Part shown: positions 49,333 through 58,922 of the stretch, piece by piece | Position numbering within the stretch: position 1 is the stretch's first letter | Layout: every line of letters starts with the position of its first letter | Source: Candidatus Dojkabacteria bacterium | Lineage (GTDB): Bacteria > Patescibacteriota > Dojkabacteria > JAOAGR01 | Length of the DNA stretch: 60,616 nucleotides | Direction: 5' to 3' | NCBI GenBank assembly: GCA_026415655.1 | Contig: JAOAGR010000001.1 | Span: 1 to 60,616 of the forward strand | Translations under genes and position numbers: made by a program | Notes under the pieces: generated by a model | The model's input: only the letters and a program-made list of their open reading frames with translations | Database searches by the model: none | Told to the model about the DNA's origin: nothing

Positions 49333-49475
49333 CTGAATGCTTATTAGGGCAATACACCCGGATAATAAGGTCAGGAATGCTCATTTATTGTATAGAGACA
49401 TTTATGAAAGAGGTCTCGCTCCAACCACAAGATATGTAATCTAATTAGAAAGTTTTATCTTAAACCTACATTATA

Positions 49476-49504
49476 TTGCTTTTTATAACAGTTTACTTTA
49501 TAAT
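49476..49504 (+). promoter_or_regulatory. Sigma70-type promoter TTGCTT-17 bp-TATAAT
   Basis: -35 at 49476-49481, -10 at 49499-49504, ATG at 49521. Confidence 0.6.
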
Positions 49505-49520
49505 TATATGCACGAACAAT

Positions 49521-50126
49521 ATGAATAGGTTTATATTTATAGAAGGTGCTGTGCAACTTTCAAAATATGCTTGGGAAAAGTTTGCGAAAAATCCTGAAGC
49601 GAGAAAGTATGCCATTAAAAATGCATCCAATGGGATTGCCACTATGGCTCTCCACATTTTCAGTGTGGTAGGCAATCCACTGATTGCTAATCATCTGAAG
49701 GGACCGATAGATACTTTGTTCCCTACGATGCTCGGCTGGATACCTAGTGGTGATATCTATAGTTGTGTGGCTTATATACCATATTCTGCCTCAGCGTTAT
49801 TGACTGCTGTTGGTTTGTATGACTTTTGGAAGACTGAAGGCTGTCAGAAGATAGTGAGATCGTTAAATGGGACATTTTCATCATTGATCAATCACGCTAG
49901 GCAGACGAATATTGGTTCGCAAGTTTACGATGCTTGGTTAGGAGTTAGTGGACGTTGTTATACTGTGTTGGAGCCTGTTTGCAATTTTGTAGGAAATTTA
50001 ACAAATTCTGTTATAGGTAAAATTCCGGATCGGTGTAGAATCAGTATGCCACTATCACCGAATCGGAGACTCGGAATCGGAGCAGCTAACGCACTCTGTT
50101 CTTTAATGGGCCATTTTTTAAGATGA
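49521..50126 (+). CDS. Orphan cassette protein ORF1 (amphipathic/hydrophobic, about 201 aa)
   Basis: Intact ORF with own promoter; amino-acid-level conservation with the upstream pseudogene supports coding status. Confidence 0.8.
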   Translation: MNRFIFIEGAVQLSKYAWEKFAKNPEARKYAIKNASNGIATMALHIFSVVGNPLIANHLKGPIDTLFPTMLGWIPSGDIYSCVAYIPYSASALLTAVGLYDFWKTEGCQKIVRSLNGTFSSLINHARQTNIGSQVYDAWLGVSGRCYTVLEPVCNFVGNLTNSVIGKIPDRCRISMPLSPNRRLGIGAANALCSLMGHFLR

Positions 50127-50268
50127 AGATATTCAATTTGTTATATATGTCTGGAGATTTTTTATGATTCAGTGTTTTTGTATTGCTTCGTGTAAACGAG
50201 TACAATATCAGGTGACTGTCGATATGTAGTCAACTTGTAGATATATAGAGTCTGGTTTGTTTAGTTAG

Positions 50269-50296
50269 TTGACTATTACCGGTCTTGTGCTATAAT
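50269..50296 (+). promoter_or_regulatory. Sigma70-type promoter TTGACT-16 bp-TATAAT with extended -10 (TGcTATAAT)
   Basis: Near-consensus hexamers 28 nt upstream of ATG 50325. Confidence 0.7.
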
Positions 50297-50324
50297 ATGA
50301 ATAGCTCTAATTAATTAAAACTAT

Positions 50325-50673
50325 ATGGAAAATCCAGAAAAAAAATTATGATTCAATTCAGCGGCTTGGACGCGATATTGCTCCATCGATTTTTACGACG
50401 CTGTTATTTGGTGTTTCCTCATATTTATCCGGAAATGAACCTACTATTTTGCCATTTTTTGAAAAGGCTGTTGTAAGTTTGGGGGTAATATTATTTTTAA
50501 GGGCGTGTGCGTTTATCGCAAGTAGAGAAAAACCAGAATCTTTTTTTAGGGGTGCGTCGTCCTTAGGATTATCATTACATAGTTTTGTTATGCTTGCAGG
50601 AGCTTTTGTAACAGGTGTGTCTGGTGTTAAGGACAAGTTATTACCTCAGCTCTTACCTCCAAATTTACCATAG
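50325..50673 (+). pseudogene. Orphan membrane protein ORF2, frameshifted in an A8 run
   Basis: ATG GAA AAT CCA G-A8 (50338-50345) reaches TGA; A7 gives an open frame MENPEKNYDSIQRLGRD... continuous with ORF 50449..50673. Confidence 0.7.
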
Positions 50674-51171
50674 CATATCTTGGTAGTGTTTTTTGTTCGA
50701 ATATATTTTTTGAGTTCTATGCGATTTACTGGAGTTTCATCTACATGGTGGGATGATTTATGCCTATTTATTCCTGATTTTGTTTATATTGATGTATCCT
50801 GATTACTTCAAGAAAGGGAAGCTGAGCTGATTTAGGAGTTTATGCTACTTACCGTCAAATTTAGATGCGTTTGTACATAGTATCCCTGGCTATAGTTTAA
50901 CTGTGTTGATCATGCATAAGTTATGTTGAGTTAGAATCATTTATTTGTATATTTCGATCTCCCTTTTTTCAAAATTGATTTTCCAACTTAGGGAGGTAGA
51001 TGATTTGTTTCGGGAAATAGGTGGGATGATTTCATGTAACAATAAAAGAAATAAAATAAACTTCTTCTCTTGATATTCTAATTCTCAATTTGTTTTTTTA
51101 CATCTACGCAAGGCACCTATTAGTATATGTATCCTATCCATAAAATTATAAAATAAAAAGTAATTAATTGT

Positions 51172-51244
51172 TTTGGTCTGTTTATGCTGTAGTCTATTGA
51201 TATCTCAACTCCCCATCTCAATCGCAAACTCCTCATCAGTACCA
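51172..51244. repeat. Direct repeat (att-like), copy 2, overlapping the last 12 codons and stop of the HTH gene
   Basis: Minus strand encodes GTDEEFAIEMGS*; matches 49260-49332. Confidence 0.97.
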
Positions 51245-51834
51245 ACAAGTGTGCATTTTGGTAGGACAAGTAAGGAATAAAGTATTGGGTGATTATTACC
51301 TTTTTCTAGTTCAAACTCAGGTTTTGACCAAATTTTGACATATATATCACGACCTTCTCTTGTACGGATGAGAGCTTGGATTTCTTTCAATTTTATCACA
51401 TTTACGCCGTCACCGATGATTACAACATCAGGATTATCTGGATAAGAAGTTTCTCGATTTATAAATGTATGTGTGAGAAATATATATTTGATTTGACCTA
51501 GTTCCTTGTTTTGATAAGTATTCCAAAGTTCAATTGCTAATGGTGAAGTTTTCATTACTAAAGAACGTAATTCATTATAAAAAATAAAAGATGGATTAAG
51601 TATAAATTGTCTTTTTATACCGTCTTTTTTAATAATTAAGAGGTCTATTTTTACAAGTGACATCAGTTCCCTTCGGACAGCATTTATTTGTTCATCAATC
51701 TCGCGACCTACCTGTCGCATATGTCTATACGTATTCGGTTCAGAGAAAAACAGGTATAGTATCTTTCTTCTTACTCTTGAAGTAATAATCAGTTCTAAAA
51801 TGCTATTTGGATTTAACTTTTGACTTAATTTCAT
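51205..51834 (-). CDS. Winged-HTH regulator fused to degenerate nucleotidyltransferase-like domain
   Basis: SRVRRKILYLF, HMRQVGREIDEQINAVRREL, NPSFIFYNELRSLV, PDVVIIGD, WSKPEF. Confidence 0.8.
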   Translation of the reverse strand: MKLSQKLNPNSILELIITSRVRRKILYLFFSEPNTYRHMRQVGREIDEQINAVRRELMSLVKIDLLIIKKDGIKRQFILNPSFIFYNELRSLVMKTSPLAIELWNTYQNKELGQIKYIFLTHTFINRETSYPDNPDVVIIGDGVNVIKLKEIQALIRTREGRDIYVKIWSKPEFELEKGNNHPILYSLLVLPKCTLVGTDEEFAIEMGS

Positions 51835-51901
51835 GGAAATAGTATACAAAATTTAATCGGTTTTGAAAAGTAAAGATATAAAATTTTGATATCATATCAT
51901 T

Positions 51902-52816
51902 ATGTTTAGTCTTATAAACAAAGATTTTCAAACACTACGAAAGTTTTTCACCCGTTGTCCCAGATGTAATACAATATCATCCGAGTGGGAGATACGTAGA
52001 GTAAAATACAATCTTAATCTTTATTTTACGAAATTGACCATCTTTACACTTATCGAAATTGCTTGTGCATCGTGTAAGTATTCTATAAAGATGCATGAGA
52101 AACTTGTGCGACGTATCTTCGCAGGTGGATTTGATGGGAGTAAGTTAATCAGTCAGGCTGGCACATATTATAAATTTGGATTTTGGCATATTTTTTTGGC
52201 TGAGTCTTGGAAAATCTGGTTGTTTGCTTTTCTGATTATTAGTGTTTTTTTGTTTTTTGATTTTTTGAAATATGATGTGGTGTATGGTGAGCCAATTTTT
52301 ATAAATTCACAAGGAGATATTAATAGTGAAATAGTTGGAAAGTATGTTTCAATTGACGGAAAAATAGAATTAGGACAGGTCTATACAGTTGATAAATATG
52401 AGGTAACATCAGATAATAAAACGAGCAATTTAGAAGAATCATTTATTTTTGTACCGCTATATGATAAGGCCGATCAAACACTTTATGTCCTTTTTGCTGG
52501 CGGAAAAGATGTAAAAGACAAGATTATCGATGATGGTATTGTTAATAACTATAATTTAGAAATAAAGCTAAGTGGAATTGTAAAAAATATTGATAAAACA
52601 GATATACCACAAGAGATTAGTGAATATATAAATAAAGATCTGGTACAAAAATATAAATTAAACCCGACAAAGATTATTTTAGATCAAAGATACATTATTG
52701 ATGTGTTTGATCTTTTGCTGAAATATGTACCATTTTATCTTGTAAATTTGTTCTTGTTTATTATGTCATCTTATATAGATTCCCGTATAAATAAACTAAA
52801 ATACACAATAAAATAG
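51902..52816 (+). CDS. Zinc-ribbon-containing membrane protein
   Basis: CPRC...CASC, TM, extracellular domain, C-terminal TM. Confidence 0.7.
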   Translation: MFSLINKDFQTLRKFFTRCPRCNTISSEWEIRRVKYNLNLYFTKLTIFTLIEIACASCKYSIKMHEKLVRRIFAGGFDGSKLISQAGTYYKFGFWHIFLAESWKIWLFAFLIISVFLFFDFLKYDVVYGEPIFINSQGDINSEIVGKYVSIDGKIELGQVYTVDKYEVTSDNKTSNLEESFIFVPLYDKADQTLYVLFAGGKDVKDKIIDDGIVNNYNLEIKLSGIVKNIDKTDIPQEISEYINKDLVQKYKLNPTKIILDQRYIIDVFDLLLKYVPFYLVNLFLFIMSSYIDSRINKLKYTIK

Positions 52817-52835
52817 ATATTTTTATTAACTGCAG

Positions 52836-52886
52836 AAAAATCTAGCCAATAATACTTTATGCTTGGAATTAATTGGCTAGTTTTTT
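52836..52886 (+). terminator. Probable intrinsic terminator
   Basis: CTAGCCAAT (52842-52850) pairs with ATTGGCTAG (52872-52880), followed by a T run; loop is long. Confidence 0.55.
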
Positions 52887-53230
52887 ATTTCGGATTAGAT
52901 GGTTTTGGTATATCACTCATTTAAACTGGTATTTTATAAAAGTGATAAATTTTGGGTGTAGGGCTGGGCAGAAAAATATATTGTTTCTAATAAAATACCT
53001 TATTTGGACGATATATTCCATGTTTATTGTTCTATATAAATCGTAATTGTTCACATTTTGATATAAATAAAAAGTAAGTTTTGAAATAGATTAATCTAAA
53101 TTTTTATCTATATTTTTGTTCAATACTATTGAGATATTATGTCGATTTAAATTGTTACAACAAGAAAATGTACCTCTCATGGGTATACTCTTTTGACTTT
53201 TAACTTGGTTTATTTAATAATATTAATACT

Positions 53231-53845
53231 ATGATAGTAGAAACAATTTTAATTTTCATTTTGTGTTGTGGTATTTTATTTATACTAGGATTAGTTGGTT
53301 ATTTAATATACCTATACAATTCTTTGGCATCATATAAAGTTAGAGTAGAAGAGACATTAAAACAAATCGATGTAAGGCTTCAAAATAGATATGATTTACT
53401 ACCCGATCTGATTAATGCTGTAGAGAAAGCTACCAGTACTGATGAAAATATTCAAACAAAGATTGCTGAACTTCGAAGTGGACTTTCTCAGCTTAAATCA
53501 GTCAAATTAACTCCGGAAAATGCTAATGCTGTATCACAAATGGAGTCTAAGTTACTTTCGAACCTTGGTGCGATAAATGTCGCCGTTGAGGCTTATCCTG
53601 AGATTCAATCACAGGTTGCCATACAAAATTTCATGCAGCAAAATCAACAGATTGAAGAGATGATTGCTGCAGCCAGACAGATTTATAATGCTACGGTACG
53701 AGATTACAATGAAAAGATTGTCACATTTCCAAGTAATATAATTGCTAATATGTTTGGATTCAAAAAAGCAGAGTTTTTTGAATCTACTGCTGAAGCAAAG
53801 AAAGATATAATGCCCGACTGGGGCGGTAACGTCGTAGTACGTTAA
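53231..53845 (+). CDS. lemA: LemA family protein
   Basis: YNSL, QIDVRLQNRYDLLPDL, VEAYPE, ARQIYNATVRDYN, FPSNIIA. Confidence 0.95.
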   Translation: MIVETILIFILCCGILFILGLVGYLIYLYNSLASYKVRVEETLKQIDVRLQNRYDLLPDLINAVEKATSTDENIQTKIAELRSGLSQLKSVKLTPENANAVSQMESKLLSNLGAINVAVEAYPEIQSQVAIQNFMQQNQQIEEMIAAARQIYNATVRDYNEKIVTFPSNIIANMFGFKKAEFFESTAEAKKDIMPDWGGNVVVR

Positions 53846-53854
53846 TATTTGAGT

Positions 53855-54733
53855 ATGTACTCGCAGATTGATAAAAATCGTCTCTTGTCCGTATTTTTAC
53901 TTTTAGGATTTCTAATTTTTGCTATACTTGTAAGTTGGTTTCTTTCATATTTGGTTTCTCAGGATATCATTTCTTCGGTTTTTGTAAGTTTTATATCATT
54001 TGGCATATCAGTATTAGTTTCTTTGGTTACTTACTTTTATGGTGATAAATTTGTGTTGTTTTCAACAGGTTCTATAGATGTTACAGATAATCCCGCATTT
54101 AATCATCTAAATAAAACCGTTGAAATATTATCGATAAAAGCTGGCATACCTAGACCTCGAATATATATAATTCCTGATCCAGCGTTAAACGCCTTTGCTA
54201 CAGGTAGAAATCCTCAGAATTCGCATGTTGCTATTACACAAGGCCTGTATGAAAGAATGAATCAGCAAGAATTAGAAGGGGTAATTGCTCATGAATTGGC
54301 TCATATCAAAAATTTTGATATTAGGTTAATGCTAATAGTTTCGGTATTTGCTAGTGCCATAACCTATATAGCCGACTTTTTCATTCGTGTGATCAGTGGC
54401 AGTGACGAAGACACGCCACCATGGTTGATATTTATCGGTATACTTGTAGCAATATTAAGTCCCATTATAGCTACATTGATACAACTAGCTATTTCTCGCC
54501 GTAGAGAATATCTGGCTGACTTTACTGCAGTAGAGATAACACGTTATCCTCAAGGATTGATCAGTGCGCTTAGAAAACTTCAGGCTGATGATTTACCGGT
54601 TTCTAAAGCCACCGAAGGTAATGCACATATGTTTATAGATTTTCCTTTGAAGAGAACTCATTCTTTTTTTGCAAATCTTTTTTCAACTCATCCACCCATA
54701 GAGGATAGAATAGCCGCTTTAGAAAGATTATGA
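53855..54733 (+). CDS. htpX: M48 zinc metalloprotease HtpX
   Basis: NAFATGR, GVIAHELAH, SRRREYLAD, FSTHPP; follows lemA. Confidence 0.95.
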   Translation: MYSQIDKNRLLSVFLLLGFLIFAILVSWFLSYLVSQDIISSVFVSFISFGISVLVSLVTYFYGDKFVLFSTGSIDVTDNPAFNHLNKTVEILSIKAGIPRPRIYIIPDPALNAFATGRNPQNSHVAITQGLYERMNQQELEGVIAHELAHIKNFDIRLMLIVSVFASAITYIADFFIRVISGSDEDTPPWLIFIGILVAILSPIIATLIQLAISRRREYLADFTAVEITRYPQGLISALRKLQADDLPVSKATEGNAHMFIDFPLKRTHSFFANLFSTHPPIEDRIAALERL

Positions 54734-54787
54734 AATGCATTTTACAAACTTTTACAAATATTCTAATATAAATTAATAAAATCTATC

Positions 54788-55540
54788 ATGTCTAATAACC
54801 TACTTGAAGGTTTAATTGATTTAAACAAAGTAAAGATCAAAATTAAACGAGTTTATTTTCTAGATAAATTCAGAAAGATAAGTTTTAATTTCGTTATTGT
54901 TATTCTATTGATATTAGTAATTTCAGTTTTTACATCCACTTATCTTGTAAATGTAAGCAATAGTAAGTTAGAGGCCGAGTCACTAATTGTTGGTTTAGGT
55001 CATAACTATGACGATATAATTGCTTATAACACTGAAATAGCAAAGAATACTCCTGTTTCTATTGATACGATAAAGATTAATACAGAGAGTGGAGACCCGA
55101 GAGTACTTGCAATATTTCTATTTCTTAAGAAATACAATTCACCAATGGCGACCATGTCGGTCGCTGAGGCATTTGTAATACATGCCGATGAAAATAAATT
55201 CGGCCAACAATGGCCGATTCTAGTCGCAATCTCAGGGGTAGAGTCTGGATTTGGACGGTTAATACCAAGATATGGGAATATAAGTTCTTATAACGCTTGG
55301 GGCTGGGCTGGTGGAAGTAAGTATGGGCGTTGGTCTTATTTTGACTCTTGGGAGCATGCTATAGAGGTTGTAAGTAATGGCTTGGCAAAAGGGTATTCTG
55401 GTACAGGCTATAAGCCCGAGGTTATGGTCCGTTTTTATTGTCCGGATTGCTATGAAGATAATAAAGGCACTAAATGGGTAGGTGGAGTAAATGGATATAT
55501 TAATGAAATAAGACAAATCCATAAACAATTGACATCGTAA
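54788..55540 (+). CDS. Membrane-anchored lysozyme-like/glucosaminidase-type cell wall hydrolase
   Basis: FLKKYNSP, LVAISGVESGFG, YNAWGW, FDSWEHAI, YCP. Confidence 0.7.
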   Translation: MSNNLLEGLIDLNKVKIKIKRVYFLDKFRKISFNFVIVILLILVISVFTSTYLVNVSNSKLEAESLIVGLGHNYDDIIAYNTEIAKNTPVSIDTIKINTESGDPRVLAIFLFLKKYNSPMATMSVAEAFVIHADENKFGQQWPILVAISGVESGFGRLIPRYGNISSYNAWGWAGGSKYGRWSYFDSWEHAIEVVSNGLAKGYSGTGYKPEVMVRFYCPDCYEDNKGTKWVGGVNGYINEIRQIHKQLTS

Positions 55541-55968
55541 TGAAATAATTTATTTAGGTATATTTTAAGTATTTTAAGTGTTTGTATTTCATTTTGAATT
55601 AATTCAATTTCTTAAATTTTTTAAATTATATTGGATTGAAAATCGTGGCTCTTAGTCTGACGGTGTTTTGTAAAGTATGTTGGGTTAATTTAGAATTTGT
55701 ACTGGTGGTTGTGGTTTTATAGAATTTATATTTAAATAATCTTCTCGTAAATTAATATTCGATTAATGAAATTAAAATTTTAAATTATTACTTCCATTAT
55801 AAATTTATATTTAAAAATCTCCATTTCGATATTAAAGACAATATATTACAAATAATAATCTATATTAGAAAATTAGTAATGATTTGTGATTATATGAATA
55901 TTTCTAGAATAGTTTTTATTTATTTAATTAAAATTAACCTAATTTTACTACAACTAACGCAAATTAAA

Positions 55969-56961
55969 TTAATTGATTCCTAATTCTTTCATCATTTCTG
56001 TAAGCATAATTATTTTTTCTCGTGAGTTCAAATTGGTATTTACATACATTGCATATTGGCCATAATTTAGGACAACAATTGCATCAGAAAAATTATTCAT
56101 ATTAATGTATTCTTTCATTGCTAAAATATCACCCATTGTTTCTCCACCGCCATAATTTTTGTAAAAATCCGTAGTGTCAATTCCACGTTCTTCTAAACTT
56201 TTTCTGTAAGCTTCGAGTATGTGTATATAATCTTCTTCTGACTTTGCTTTAAAGATACCGAAATAAATGTACTTTCCGTCTGTTGTCTGGTATACACAAA
56301 CATCTGATTCGGCACGGCCGACGAGATCATCGGTCAATTCTCCTATAGTATATTCACCTTCACCTAAAATTCTTGATGGTTGATTTAATACCTTATTTGC
56401 CATCTCGGTTGTAAAAATTTCACATGCAGTTTTGCCATCCAATTTTCTGAAGGTCCTCTTCTTGATGGGCATATTCCTGATATCGGATGGTGGAGTAACC
56501 GGATAGTTCTCAATAACATTTGGGTTTTTTGTTGGATTTACTGGAGGATTTGTAGGAATTGGTGTATTTTGATATTGTGATGGATTAGTCTGAGTTGGAT
56601 TTGGTTTTGGACTAGAATTCGGAACTAGTGATGGGGAGATTGTTTGTGATTGTGGGGGCTCTTCGGTGGGATTTGGATTATTACCTGCCGCTTGAGTTGG
56701 TTGCGGTGATGGAGTGACATTACCCATATTATTATTCTGATTATTCCTCGCTTGTTCTGTAACTCTTGCCGCGATTTTAGGTTCCTGTAAGGTTTCTACG
56801 GAGTCCCGATTTAATGCTTTTTGTATTTGTGTGAATACATTGTTTGCACTGATAGTCCCCTCGGGAGAATATGAAAATATTACTACACTAGTTAATACCA
56901 TGGATAACACAAATATGGTCACTATTACCAGATTTTTAGTATTTTGATTTGTCTTGAACAC
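55969..56961 (-). CDS. Membrane-anchored protein with P/T/N-rich stalk and Cys-paired distal domain
   Basis: N-terminal TM, proline-rich linker, ACEIFT...CVY. Confidence 0.7.
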   Translation of the reverse strand: MFKTNQNTKNLVIVTIFVLSMVLTSVVIFSYSPEGTISANNVFTQIQKALNRDSVETLQEPKIAARVTEQARNNQNNNMGNVTPSPQPTQAAGNNPNPTEEPPQSQTISPSLVPNSSPKPNPTQTNPSQYQNTPIPTNPPVNPTKNPNVIENYPVTPPSDIRNMPIKKRTFRKLDGKTACEIFTTEMANKVLNQPSRILGEGEYTIGELTDDLVGRAESDVCVYQTTDGKYIYFGIFKAKSEEDYIHILEAYRKSLEERGIDTTDFYKNYGGGETMGDILAMKEYINMNNFSDAIVVLNYGQYAMYVNTNLNSREKIIMLTEMMKELGIN

Positions 56962-57000
56962 AGTCCATTATAACATACATATCTCACATATCTCATGGAG

Positions 57001-58911
57001 CTAAGATATATATTTCTTCACCTGACTTATTAGACCTTTGTCTAGGATATTTGCAAATCTAAGATTGGGAATACCAGATTGTAAAGTGCCATAAACCTCG
57101 CCTGGACCACGAAGCAATAGATCATATTCGGCTAGTTCATAGCCGTTTTCTGTCTTTTCAAAAAATTTTAATCTCTCGTTTGTTTCATAATTCGTTGGTA
57201 TTAAAAAACAATAAGATTGGTCACTACCACGTCCTACACGACCACGGATTTGATGTAGTTGTGCAAGCCCAAATCTTTCTGCACTTTGTATTATCATTAT
57301 TGTTGCATTGGGGTTATTTATTCCTACTTCTATTACAGTTGTACTAACTAAAATGTGGAATTTCCCTTCTATAAAATTTTTTATGATTTCATCCTTTTCC
57401 TTTGCCTTCATCTTTCCATGTAATAAACCGACTTTATCTTCTCCAAATATCAATCTGTAATGTTCATAAATTTTTTGAACTGACTTGAGATCGGATTTCG
57501 AGGTTTCCTCTATCAAAGGGCATACTACATAGGCCTGAACATTTTCCCGAATAATCTTATTTTTTATCCATTCAATCATCTTATTTTCTATCTCCAGACT
57601 ATTTATTATTCTAGTGATGATTTTTTTTCTTTCTGTAGGCTTTTCTATAAAACTTACATCAATATCGCCAAAAAATGTCAAAGCAACGGTACGTGGTATT
57701 GGGGTTGCTGACATTGATAAAGAATGCGGTATTTTGTTTTCATTTTTTAAAGTTGTCAGTATTTCTCTTTGTTTGACTCCAAATTTGTGTTGTTCGTCTA
57801 TGATTACAAGGCCTACGTTGTTCCAATTTTGCGTATGATGTATTAATGCATGAGTCCCTATAACTATTGAATTTGATTGGATATTTTTGTGCTTTATTGA
57901 ACTTGTCCAAAGTATTATGGGAATATTAAATTTCGACAAAATCTTATTAAAAGACTCAAAATGTTGGTTGGCTAGTATTTCTGTCGGCGCCAGAACTAGT
58001 GTCATTAAGTTGTTTTGCGAAACTTGAGATGCTGCAATTATTGCAAGTATGGTTTTTCCAGAGCCTACATCTCCATTTATTAACCTATGCATTGGTTTGT
58101 CTCTAGAGATATCGGCAAAAATCTCATGTATTGCTTCTTTTTGTGAAGCTGTAAGTTCATAATTTAGACTATTTACTATGTTTTTGTACAAATCTTTATC
58201 TATTTTAAGAGCAAATGATTCATGGGCGGTTATGTTAATTTTATTCTCTTTAATTTTTTGAATAAGCGAATAAATTTCTTCAAAAGCTAGTCTTTCTTTT
58301 GATTTTTTGATCTCTATTTCGTTTTCTGGAAAGTGAAGGTATTGTATTGCTAATCTTTTTGATACCAAATTTTCTTTTTCTAATATTTCATTTGGTAAAG
58401 TTTCTTTGATTTCATATACATCTATCGCATTTTTTATGATTTTAGAAATGGTAGCAGAATTTATACCCGCTGTTTCTGGATATTTTACTTCTATTTTAGC
58501 TAGTTTTTCTGGTACCTCCTCGAGACTGTTTAATATCACAAATTTAGGATTGTATATTGATTTGTCGTACACTATTCCAGAAAAAGCAATAAATTTACTA
58601 CTAAGAAGTATCGGTAGTAAATATTCGCTATTAAACCAAGCAATTTTGATATATGATGTATTGTCTTCGACAATAGCTGTGATTAAATTTTTGCCTCTTT
58701 TGGTTTTTATTTTGTTAACATCTTTTATTTTACCTTTCGAATACCAATTTTCATCTTTTGTTAGAAAAATGTCTGAGATTGGTAAATATTTTCTTCTGTC
58801 AATATACCTTATTGGCGGGTGCAACAATAGATCTTCGATATTATGAATTTCTAATTTTTTTAATAACTTTTCTATCCTCGGACTTATGCCTTTGATATCT
58901 GTTAAATTCAC
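57001..58911 (-). CDS. recG: ATP-dependent DNA helicase RecG
   Basis: GDVGSGKT, APTEILANQH, DEQHKFGVKQR, SATPIPRT, AERFGLAQLHQIRGRVGRG, RGPGE. Confidence 0.98.
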   Translation of the reverse strand: MNLTDIKGISPRIEKLLKKLEIHNIEDLLLHPPIRYIDRRKYLPISDIFLTKDENWYSKGKIKDVNKIKTKRGKNLITAIVEDNTSYIKIAWFNSEYLLPILLSSKFIAFSGIVYDKSIYNPKFVILNSLEEVPEKLAKIEVKYPETAGINSATISKIIKNAIDVYEIKETLPNEILEKENLVSKRLAIQYLHFPENEIEIKKSKERLAFEEIYSLIQKIKENKINITAHESFALKIDKDLYKNIVNSLNYELTASQKEAIHEIFADISRDKPMHRLINGDVGSGKTILAIIAASQVSQNNLMTLVLAPTEILANQHFESFNKILSKFNIPIILWTSSIKHKNIQSNSIVIGTHALIHHTQNWNNVGLVIIDEQHKFGVKQREILTTLKNENKIPHSLSMSATPIPRTVALTFFGDIDVSFIEKPTERKKIITRIINSLEIENKMIEWIKNKIIRENVQAYVVCPLIEETSKSDLKSVQKIYEHYRLIFGEDKVGLLHGKMKAKEKDEIIKNFIEGKFHILVSTTVIEVGINNPNATIMIIQSAERFGLAQLHQIRGRVGRGSDQSYCFLIPTNYETNERLKFFEKTENGYELAEYDLLLRGPGEVYGTLQSGIPNLRFANILDKGLISQVKKYIS

Positions 58912-58922
58912 GTTAGATTATT

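Larger units (their letters stand above)
47973..51244. mobile_element. Putative tandem array of integrase-less integrated cassettes (units about 47973-49332 and 49293-51244)
   Basis: Colinear homology between the units, bounded by repeats of a gene's 3' end; no recombinase in the window. Confidence 0.55.

Noticed and set aside
49023-49439. ORFs 49023..49220 and 49227..49439
   Set aside because: They lie in the repeated arm and core; the homologous copy has indels that do not preserve these frames
50358-50636. Minus-strand 92-aa ORF
   Set aside because: Antisense to ORF2, which has the promoter and a coherent hydrophobic product
49260-51244. Diversity-generating retroelement TR/VR pair
   Set aside because: The coding 40 bp are identical, the four flank mismatches are not adenine-specific, and no reverse transcriptase is present
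47973-51244. Classical integron or IS element
   Set aside because: No intI or transposase, and no attC-type palindromes or terminal inverted repeats seen
55541-55968. ncRNA or replication origin in a long AT-rich intergenic region (also 25574-25970, 40667-40948, 44198-44476, 52890-53230)
   Set aside because: No tRNA cloverleaf, stable GC stems or DnaA-box cluster visible; an Infernal/Rfam scan would be needed to exclude fully
2180-58846. Many short antisense or overlapping ORFs in the track (for example 2180, 9930, 14480, 24657, 34455, 58406)
   Set aside because: Shadows of longer, motif-bearing genes
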